In this document: positions 53,723-64,000 of the stretch, one piece after another
Numbering within the stretch: position 1 is the stretch's first letter
How the letters are laid out: each line of letters begins with the position of its first letter
DNA from: Chrysomallon squamiferum
Lineage: Eukaryota; Animalia; Mollusca
Length of the DNA stretch: 64,000 bases
Assembly: GCA_012295275.1 (NCBI GenBank)
Contig: CM022675.1
Coordinates: forward strand, 12,338,001 to 12,402,000
Direction: 5' to 3'
Notes under the pieces: generated by a model
What the model was told of the DNA's origin: nothing
Database searches by the model: none
What the model saw: only the letters and a program-made list of their open reading frames with translations
Position numbers and translations under genes: made by a program

Positions 53723-56700
53723 TCAGTGTGCGTGTGTGTGTGTGTGTGCATGTGTGTGGGTGTGTGTGTGTGTGTGTGTGTGTGTGAGTGTGCGTGAGTG
53801 TGCGTGTGTGTGTGTGTGTGTGTCTGCATGTGTATGGGTGTGTCTGTGTGTTTCAGAAGATTAAACAAATTCTGACTAATATACTTCTTTACATTGCTGA
53901 TTAACATTAATTTAAAAAATAGGTTTTGAATTTTTGAAAAATACCATTTTATGAAGAAAAAAAAAAATTTAAATTTTATTGTATATTTTTTTCTTTAAAT
54001 TCCTAAAGGGTAATTATTACCTTTTATAAAACTCTTTCCAAAATATCCAAAATTAAAAAAGGCCTATATATATTCATTTCTGTATTCTCATCATTATCAT
54101 TCTAACATATTTGTACAATACTATTAAATATTCATCCATTTATCATACCAGTATTAGAAGTATCTTTGGATTTACTTTTTCTTCTGTCATCTTCCTTCTG
54201 CTGTAGCAGACGACATCCTGGTCTCTTCAGAGCCTCAGATATCCAGGCTGAAATGTCATCTCCACAGTCAAACGTATTAACTCTGTGATTAACGAGACTA
54301 TCATGATGTCATTTGAATTTCACTATATTATTTTAATATTAAAACATTCACAACATTAATATTAAAAATCACAATATTAATAGTAAAACTTACAATATTA
54401 AAAATGATAATACTAATATTAAAATATTCATTATTATTAAAAAATAAATAATTAAACTTAGATTATTAATATTAAAAATCAGTTTTTGCATCAGTTAATG
54501 TAGTTTTAAAATATTCAAAAGTTAACAGATATATTTTTATTGATGCCCAGAATTCATGACAATTATTATCAATAAATGTTTACTAATGGTAATTTTTGTA
54601 GAAACCATATATTATAATGTCACTGGTGATAACATACAACATTTGATTTATTGATTTTTAATGGAAAAAGGACTTAGAATAATACATATCTCTTCTTGTA
54701 TGGATTATTAAAAACATACACATTTGAAAACACGTCTGCATACATACACACACATAAATATATACATTTAATTTCAGAATGTTTCTCTAAGTTATGCACA
54801 CACTGTACTAAGGCTTGTCTGATATTTTTAAGCAACTAAACTTGTTTTTTTGGCGGAGGGGCAGGCATCAATGTCATTTGCTAACAGACAGTCCACAGAG
54901 TAACCACACTGTGGTATTTATTAATTTTCTCTCTTAATCCTAATTACAGTATAATCCACTCATGTCCATAACAGACATAGCCTAAGGATGGATGTAATAC
55001 TGAACAATTTGCAAGAGTCGTTGATATAAATTATGCACAATTTTTGGAAAAGAAGATTGTGTAAAAATACTGTCTGATTATACCTGTCACTACAAATTTT
55101 GTTAGTACACAGTTTCCTTTCTTCACTCTCGTGTTCAGATTCATCTGTGTTCAGTGAAACTTCATGGTTGGTCATGCCTTGAAAAATAAATGTTTCATGA
55201 TTTGAATTTGTTTTCATTTGTTTGTTGTTGTTTTGTTAAGATAAAAAATAGGAACATCAATTTAAAATTAATTTTAAAAAAACAACACAACCCCCCCAAC
55301 TATATAAAAATAAAAATAAAAATAGTAACAATAATAATTATAATAAAGTTACATTTCGATTTTCTCAATGATAATTTGGAAAAAAAAGTTAGTAAAACAA
55401 TACCTGGAAATTTTAACACCAACACATTTCTTCCCAGATCAATTTCTGGTTGTAAAAAACAAAGTTTCGGTTCACGTTTCTGACCCAAACTGACTCCACT
55501 TTCCTGAGTGATCATCCACATCCGGTCATACTTAAACCCCCTGGATCCAATGTCCCATTTTGAAACCTGAAAAATTATATTACTTTTGTTAAAATAAGAA
55601 TATTTAAACAATTTAAACCTTTATTTTGTTAGATTATTACTGTTTTCTCAAAAAATATAAAAATAATTTGTAATGAAGTAAAATTTATGTTAAAATCACA
55701 GTAAAACTTTTATGATATACCAGCAGCCTAAATATATTGTAGAATAATTCTAAATTATTTTTTTATCATCCTAGTGATTAATCTTTAATAACAATAAAGT
55801 CTGACAGTAAAATAACAAGAACATGACAGTGCAGATATTTTTCTGTGTAATTTAACATTATGAAAAACCTAAATATTTTACAAGTTATTAATTTATATTA
55901 TAAAAGGATATACAGACACATGGATCAAACTGGACTGGTAATATGTAATCAGCGACCAGAGTGAAAAATAGTTGTTGATTTGTTAGAAGTGTTTGTTTGT
56001 AATAAAGAGCTTGAAATGTAAAACATCTGAAAATTCAGACACCTTAGATCCACAGATATATTTTTAATATGAATAAAGATGGACCAGTGATGATTTAATT
56101 TGTAATGTTCAAGTTTACTTAAACCTACTTTGAAAGGAGCACAGGACTTGACAGGAAAGACACAAATATCAGTGAGAAAACATCTTTCATCAGATCTAGC
56201 ATCTTTCAGAAATACTGGCACAGCTTCAGCATCAACTAATGAACCTGCTAATATGTTGTCATTTGACTGGTGCTTTTTAACCAATGGCAGTGAATGGTTC
56301 ATTTCTTGATGATCAGTTGGATCAGGTTGGATATTTTTAGCCAATGGTGTAGGACAATGCAATTTCTGTGCTTCTCTGCTTTCCACTGATTGGCTGTTTT
56401 CAACTTGCTGCTTGTGTTGGTTTAACTGGTTATGGTCTTTTCCTTCCAGTAATTCATGTGAGTCTTTATCATGTTGTTGGCTGGAGAAATTCTCTTTCAA
56501 ATAATCAACCAGGAAATTTGGTTTTAATTCATTGTCTTCTATAAAATAGTCAACAATGAACTGAAGGCACTTTTGGGCATCATGGAGTGTTGAACTGAAA
56601 CCAAATGAAATTCTGATGGACCCTGTAGGTAGACCATGGACTAGGTCCACATCATCACCACAGTCATGACCTGCCTGTTTGAAAATAATAATAATAATAA

Positions 56701-58497
56701 TAAGTAAATAAAATCATAACAAATAATCTGTTTATTAATATTTCTTGTGCAAGTTCACTGTTCAGACTGAGCCATTAATATTTTTCAAAAACATTTTTAA
56801 AAATATTTATTCTGTCATCACCATCATCAGTCATCATTATCATCATCAAAATCATCATCATCATCATCATTATTATTATTAAGTAATAATAAAACAGTCT
56901 ATATATGCATATAAATTTATGATTTGATTTCTGATTAAAAACAAACTATAATCTATATATATGAATTTTAACTTCTTGTATTCTAAACATCTAGTTACAT
57001 TTAATATTTCAAATAAATTAATAACACTTTCAAAACAATGTTATTAAAGAGCTGGAAGAGGGTAGAGTAGAGAGGGGTGAGCAAGAGGAATGGATATAGA
57101 GGGATTTGAGAAAAATGGAGACAGTGCAGTCTTTCATGACAGAGATTAACTTACTTGCATTTAGAGATGTTTACTCACAGCATAATGGTCTTTTATCTGT
57201 TGTGTTGTAATTTTTAAAAACTTTCTGCATGATCCTATGTTACAAAAACACCCAGTACGGAAATGTATGTTCTGAAGTTCTGCCAGTTTGCTCACCTAAA
57301 ACAAGACAATAATATATAACATATAGTTGTTGTTGTTTTGTTGCTTTTTTATGCTTTTTTTATTTTATTTTATTTCATTTTTTTTCCACTACTATAGCAA
57401 TACATAATTTAGTTACCTCAGAATTAGGAGTTTGTACAATTACAGTAAGTTTTTAGTTAAGATATATCCATCATCACATGATAAATACAAGTAATCTTTA
57501 TATTTAGGAATACTTTTTGAACACTCACATACACATACAGAATACAGAAACAGATTTATTTTGTTGTTATCTTTTTCATATCTTAATATACATTTTATAT
57601 ATATATTTAACCATTATGAACAACATGAGAAATCGATAAAAAGAAACAACCCAAAAACGACACATCAGTACTAGTGAAAACTGACAGATACATAAGTACA
57701 TTATTCAGTCTATTTAACTTGGAATTGCTTCTGTAAATTCACATCACTCACTTATTAACTTCATGATCAAATTTTCCACAAATTTCCTTTAGTATTCAAT
57801 TTTTTTTTTTTTTTTTTTTTAAAAGCCTGCCTCCAAGCCATAACATTACAACAGAGAAAATTACTGCCTTAAAAATGAGACGGGAATGCAGTGCTTACCT
57901 CAGCAAAACCAATGTATTCTCCATTAGCTCGGAAAAGATTGAAACTAACAAGAGGCCCCTGTGAGATGGAATCTTCAAAATCTGTATCACTGTAGATTTC
58001 TGCCATTACTGACCCGTTACCATGGCGAAGTTGGGACAAGTTATGGTGAAAGTACTGTGCAATGCTAAAGCAATGTTTGGATACATTATCAATTCCACCT
58101 GCAATTTGATTTGTGACAAGTATTGGGTGCTGTCTGGTAATGTGAGGAAATTAAAAGTAACTACAAAATAGAAATGTCTGATCACTGAAATATAATTCTT
58201 ATTTTAATACTTTAGTAAAAGAGCAGATTAACAATTAGGTAAAACTTTTTTTCTTTTCATTATTTTAAAAACATTTTTTTTATTTTTTTAAAGAAAATAT
58301 CTTAAAATCTTACCCGAGATACGATTAAAAGAATCAAATCCATGCCTAAGTGCTATGATGTTCAGAAATGGAAGAGATCCATCTTCAAACCTGAACAAAA
58401 AATCATTAACATCTAGTACATCTCTGGACAGCTAGCTCTAGATTAGATTTATTTTTATTTATTTTTTATTTATTGATTTATATGTTTATTATTTTTA

Positions 58498-58549
<52 letters not shown>

Positions 58550-61500
58550 TTTAATTTATTCATTTGTTTATTTCATTATTTTACTATATTTCATTTTAAT
58601 ATTTTTTAAATATTTATTTTTATTAATTAATTTATTTTATTTATTTCATTCATTTATTCTATTTTATTAGTTTAGTTTCTTTTTTTATATTCTTTTACTT
58701 CATTGTTAATTAATTTTATTTTTTTTTAGATTAATTTATATTACTTTACTTTTATTTTAAATTTCCTTTTTTTTTTCATTCTTTTTATATTTAAAAAGAA
58801 AAGAAAGGAAATAAAACACTAAAAAATTAACTAATATTATAAGTAACATCACTAACAACTTTTTTTAATTTTTTATATATTTTTTACATTTGTTCTAGTT
58901 AATAATTTTATTTTATATTTTTTATTGATAATAAGGAGAAAACCAAAGTAGTTTTTCTAATAAAGAAATAATTATTATGTTTATTTTACTGATGATTCAA
59001 AAAGAAGAATCAAAGTATTTTTAGTGAGGAAATAATTAATAATGTTTTGTTCACCTGGCTGAAATATTTTGTCTGAAAACATGAAATCTCTCTACCACAT
59101 CACTGACAACTACTGTACCACCACCAACATAATGTTTTTGTAACACATCTGTACTTTCCTTTCTCACAATCAGAGCACCTAACAAAAAAACAGTTAAAAA
59201 AGTAAATCCTTTCTTCTTTTTTTTTCTGTTAAAAACTGTAATTATTATGTTTAATAAGAATGATTTCTAAATTAACAAACTTTACAAAATGTTATCTTGA
59301 AATATCACCGAAAGTAATATTAAAATATCAAAAAAATATGTTAAAAATTAAAACCAAAAATGTTTGATAAGACAATGAATTCTAAATAAACAACTGTTTT
59401 CTCCTTTCTTATATCAGGAGCTCAAAACAATAAAACAATTTTCTTATATATAACATATTTATTTAAAAGATTATTAATATTATATATTACTATTATTATT
59501 AATTTTTATATTACAGATACACACTAAGTTTGGAATAAAACAAAATTATATAGAAAAGAATTAGAAAATTTTACCTAGACCTGTTGGAAATCCAAATATT
59601 TTGTAGAACGAGAGAACAACAAAGTCTGGTTTATATTTTCCCAGATCAAGAGCTGAGTTTGGAACAAAACAAGCAGCATCCAGCAGCACATACCATCGCC
59701 CTTGACAACCATTCTGAAATTCCATCTGTCCATGCTGTATTTTTTCAATCCAGTTCAGTGGGTATTTTCTTCCTGAGAAGTTAGATTCTGCAGGATAAGC
59801 AAAAAGATGATTTGATAAATTTGTGGTTTTAATCTTTTCAAAGTGGGTGTGGTTCTCAAACAGGTCGGCTTCACTCAAACACATAACTGATGCTGTTGTG
59901 TTTATCACCAGTTCCCTCATCCCAAAAACTGAGGTGTGGTTGTCCTGCAGGTAACAGAAACAACCAGGATGATGATTCTGATGATGAAGTGATTTCTCTG
60001 AATCATTTACCACCAATTCAGGATCTCTATCATTTTCCACTTCTAGTGCTCTCCCTTTAGAGTGCTCTCCCTTTATTGCTATATCTGAATATCCATTGAA
60101 GTTGTCTCCCTTTAGTCTTATATCTGATTTCTCATTACTTTGTTCTTCCTTTTTTCTTATATCTGAATTATCTCTGGAGTGATCTTCTTTACCTCTTTTA
60201 ACTGAATCTTCATTAGAGTGTACCCTCTTTTTTGTTATTTCAGAATTCTCTTTAGAGTAATGTCCCTTGATATGGCCTTCAAAAAGAAAAGATTCAGCTA
60301 CAAGTCTGAGAGCACCAGTACAACCAGATGTGAAAATAACACTGTAGTCATCTGGTGATGCATGGAAGAAATTCAAAACTCTACAAGTAGAAAGAAATTC
60401 TACTTTCTTAATGTTTGGCAGTAAATGATAATAAATAACAAAAAACAACTTAATGACATCAGATCCATCTTCAAACCTGAACAGAAATCATTAGCATCTA
60501 GTTCTTTTGTGGACAATTAGTTCTAGATGACATTAATTTCTTTTTAATTTATTGATTAATATGTTTATTATTTTTAATTATTATTATTTTAATTTTTAAT
60601 TTGTTTATTTCATTTCATTATTTTACTTTATTTTATTTTATTCTTGAATGAGAAACTTGAAAAACTTAATAACATCAGATGTTCTAAACTTCAAAATTAG
60701 ACAAGCCATAATATTAATATGATTATACTATATTCCATACAGTAATACTTGGGTGATAACAAATGATATTATCAACCATATCAACCTAACAAACTAATCC
60801 TGATAGTTTCTTTAAACAGCTGGATATTATCAACCATATCAACCTAACAAACTAATCCTGATAGTTTCTTTAAACAGCTGCCTTTGTTTATTAATTAAAT
60901 TTCTAATACTTCAAAGTTTTCATAATATAATCATCAAAAACCTTTTTGTTAAACTTAATTAGTAAGTGCAATTAAATCTATAGTAATAAAAACCAAAAAC
61001 ATATTATATTTTCTTCTTTTTTTTTAAATTTATTTAAATCATATTCTGACTTGTTTTGTGTTTTTAAAAGGAAAAAAAATATATATATATATATACACAC
61101 CGTGGTATAGTTTTAATGCTGAAAATTATTTGATCAAATTATTACATAGACCAGTCTATATGTTATATTTCACTACCTGATAACTACACATCAAGAGCAG
61201 AAAAATTTCAATTTGATTCATTTCATTAACTTCATGAGAAAAAAAAACAACTACCAAAACCATTTCAATCTAATTCATTCCATTAACTGGAACAGACAAA
61301 AAAACACTGGAATATAACTGTCACTGACGTGTCACTATGTCACATCAACCAAATGACTGAAAGTCGATGGAATCACTTTTCTCTGGAAGTCTGCTGGTTT
61401 AAAACTGAAAACTGAACACTGCTGCTGAGTCGAGGGTTTACGACCAGTTTTCACAAAGATTAAGTAAATTACAAGAATGTGAAACCTGTTAGGATGGGAT

Positions 61501-62534
61501 AATGTGATATAACTGTCACACAACTTTATGTTAAGGTGAAAACAGTTTGTTTTAAATATGTAATAATAGTAAGTGATATGTGTCTGGTTATGTAAGTGTT
61601 ATAAAAGAAATACTGAGATTGACTGAAAAAAGTAACTGAGCTAAAGAGAAAAAGAAAGAAGATTGTTGAATGAATTACACACTAATTCTTACATTACAAG
61701 AAGCAGACATAAACATACACACAAATTTACAATAAATACACTAACTTATGCAAAACAATATACACATAAATAATTAAATTAACTTATATAACATTATATA
61801 GACAAATGTACACATTAAGTTACAAATAATTACATAAACTTTTACAAAATAAATAAAAAATGTATATACTAACTTACATAACAATATACAGACATTAATA
61901 CACAAACATTTACAAACACAAACACCACTTCACATATAACTACACTATTTCTGTATCAAATAATAAATTTACACATAATTAAGTTAATATTTCAGTATGA
62001 AGATGTATAAATTGAAATTCACAAAAATGTTCCTATAAATTTACACATATTAATTTTAATATATATAGTTTGTAGATACATAAACTTACAAATGCACACA
62101 CTAATTATATTAATTCTGGATCAAATATTCAAATAAATTCACACACAATTATATTAATATGGAGACACACATACAAACAACCACATGCATATTGACACTT
62201 AATTATTCTAATTTTTAATAAATACTTGTATATAATTGGATTACAGTATCTACAGACATAAAGTTACAAATATACATTAAAAATTGCACTAAATTTACAC
62301 ATATTTATTGTAATACATGCAATACTTAGGCACATAAATTTACAAACACACACAAATTCACACAAATTTACACTTACTTAAATCGAACCTGTTCTATGCT
62401 ATCAGTGGTAAGCTGACTGCTGGTACTGTGACTGTGTGGGTTGCCATAGAGATTAGAAAAAAGATCTTTCTGAAAGGCAGCAATCTGACTTGTAGAAGGT
62501 ACAGCAGTACCAGCATAATCAACATAGGTAGCTT
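51987..62534 (-). CDS. MOCOS: Molybdenum cofactor sulfurase (5' partial)
   Basis: Exons: 62534-62378 (YVDYAG..YGNPHS), 60380-59575 (VIFTSGCTGAL, DNHTSV, LDAA, PLP-lysine motif SFYKIFGFPTGLG), 59178-59055 (GGGTV), 58390-58314 (FEDGS), 58098-57899, 57295-57179 (RTGCFCN), 56674-56129 (GHDCGD..GSIRISFG..FPVKSC), 55566-55404 (YDRMW), 55177-55084, 54282-54149 (DCGD), 53657-53556 (LSLAN), 52967-52858 (RFRGNLVI), 52726-52622 (CYRCQM), 52091-51987. NifS-like plus MOSC architecture; phases are consistent. Confidence 0.95.
53684..53850. repeat. (TG)n microsatellite
   Basis: Imperfect dinucleotide run in a MOCOS intron. Confidence 0.93.
60461..60662 (-). other. Diverged insertion copied from a downstream MOCOS exon/intron junction
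   Basis: Similar to 58375 to about 58600 (AGATCCATCTTCAAACCTGAACA..AATCATTA.CATCTAGT). Flanked by an 18-bp direct repeat AACTTAATRACATCAGAT (60447-60464 and 60663-60680). Confidence 0.82.
60765..60880. repeat. 58-bp tandem duplication
   Basis: GATATTATCAACCATATCAACCTAACAAACTAATCCTGATAGTTTCTTTAAACAGCTG x2. Confidence 0.9.
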
Positions 62535-62756
62535 CTGAAACAGTGAAAAATAATGGTTTAAATTTAAAAAAAAAAAAAATTAAAATAATAAAATAAGAAA
62601 TATTATACTAAAATTGAGAAGTATGTGAAAAAAACATACCAATAGTGGGAGTATTTGACATATTTAGGTATTGCTATGTTGTTGTTAATGATGATGTCAT
62701 CATCATCACTGTTAAGCTCTTAAAAAAATGTGTAACTGTTGTGTCAGATTCCAGCA

Positions 62757-64000
62757 GCCAGACAGACTACATCTAACCAGCAGACTACATCTAACCACCA
62801 GACTACAACCACCAGACTACATCTAACCACCAGACTACATCTAACCACCAGATTACAACCACCAGACTACATCTAACCACGAGACTACACAACCACCAGA
62901 CTACATCTAACCACCAGATTACAACCACCAGACTACATCTAACCACCAGATTACAACCACCAGACTACATCTAACCACGAGACTACAACCATCAGACTAC
63001 ATCTAACCACCAGACTACAACCAGCAGACTACAACCACCAGACTACATCTAACCACCAGACTACATCTAACCACCAGACTACATCTAACCACCAGACTAC
63101 AACCACCAGACTACAACCACCAGACTACATCTAACCACCAGACTACAACCAGCAGACTACAACCACCAGACTACAACCACCAGACTACATCTAACCACCA
63201 GACTACAACCACCAGACTACATCTAACCACCAGACTACACCACGAGACAACCACCAGACTACAACCACCAGACTACATCTAACCACCAGACTACAACCAC
63301 GAGACAACCACCAGACTACAACCACCAGACTACATCTAACCACCAGACTACAACCACCAGACTACAACCACCAGACTACATCTAACCACCAGACTACATC
63401 TAACCACCAGACTACATCTAACCACCAGACTACAACCACGAGACTACAACCACCAGACTACAACCACCAGACTACATCTAACCACCAGACTACATCTAAC
63501 CACCAGACTACAACCACCAGACTACAACCACCAGACTACAACCACCAGACTACATCTAACCACCAGACTACAACCACCAGACTACAACCACCAGACTACA
63601 TCTAACCACCAGACTACATCTAACCACCAGACTACAACCACCAGACTACATCTAACCACCAGACTACATCTAACCACCAGACTACAACCACCAGACTACA
63701 TCTAACCACCAGACTACAACCACCAGACTACATCTAACCACCAGACTACATCTAACCATCAGACTACATCTAACTAGCAGACTACAACCACCAGACTACA
63801 ACCAGCAGACTACATCTAACCACCAGACTACAACCACCAGACTACATCTAACCACCAGACTACAACCACCAGACTACAACCATCAGACTACATCTAACCA
63901 GCAGACTACAACCACCAGACTACAACCACCAGACTACATCTAACCACCAGACTACAACCATCAGACTACATCTAACCACCAGACTACAACCACCAGACTA
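62757..64000. repeat. Complex minisatellite of interspersed 14- and 18-bp units in a MOCOS intron; continues past the window
   Basis: Units CCACCAGACTACAA and CCACCAGACTACATCTAA in irregular order over more than 1.2 kb. Confidence 0.96.

Noticed and set aside
62757-64000. Telomeric repeat or CRISPR array
   Set aside because: Not (TTAGGG)n, no spacers, and it lies inside a gene whose first exon is further right.

Overview
AT-rich, intron-containing animal DNA, most likely from a mollusc (inferred from the EGF-EGF-ZP genes). I traced the exons by hand with phase-consistent splice sites. Left to right: (1) a short or decayed EGF-like secreted-protein gene (-); (2) a complete 10-exon gene with signal peptide, two EGF domains and a ZP domain, resembling molluscan EGF-like/ZP shell-matrix proteins (-); (3, 4) two tandem FAIM paralogs (+); (5) a 20-coding-exon SR-cyclophilin of the PPIG/NKTR family (-) with an apparent 1-nt frameshift; (6) a head-to-head GT31 beta-1,3-galactosyltransferase with one coding exon (+); (7) molybdenum cofactor sulfurase MOCOS (-), whose first exon lies outside the window. 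There are also several MITE-like elements and many micro- and minisatellites; most short ORFs in the track are repeat or antisense artefacts. The most interesting signals are a 30-nt stop-containing look-alike of the 30-nt PPIG active-site microexon (candidate poison exon) and three local duplications that each captured a 3' splice junction. One of these would add 32 aa in frame to MOCOS, and another places an antisense copy of a PPIG acceptor just downstream of the neighbouring gene. No transcript evidence was available, so all splicing claims are predictions.
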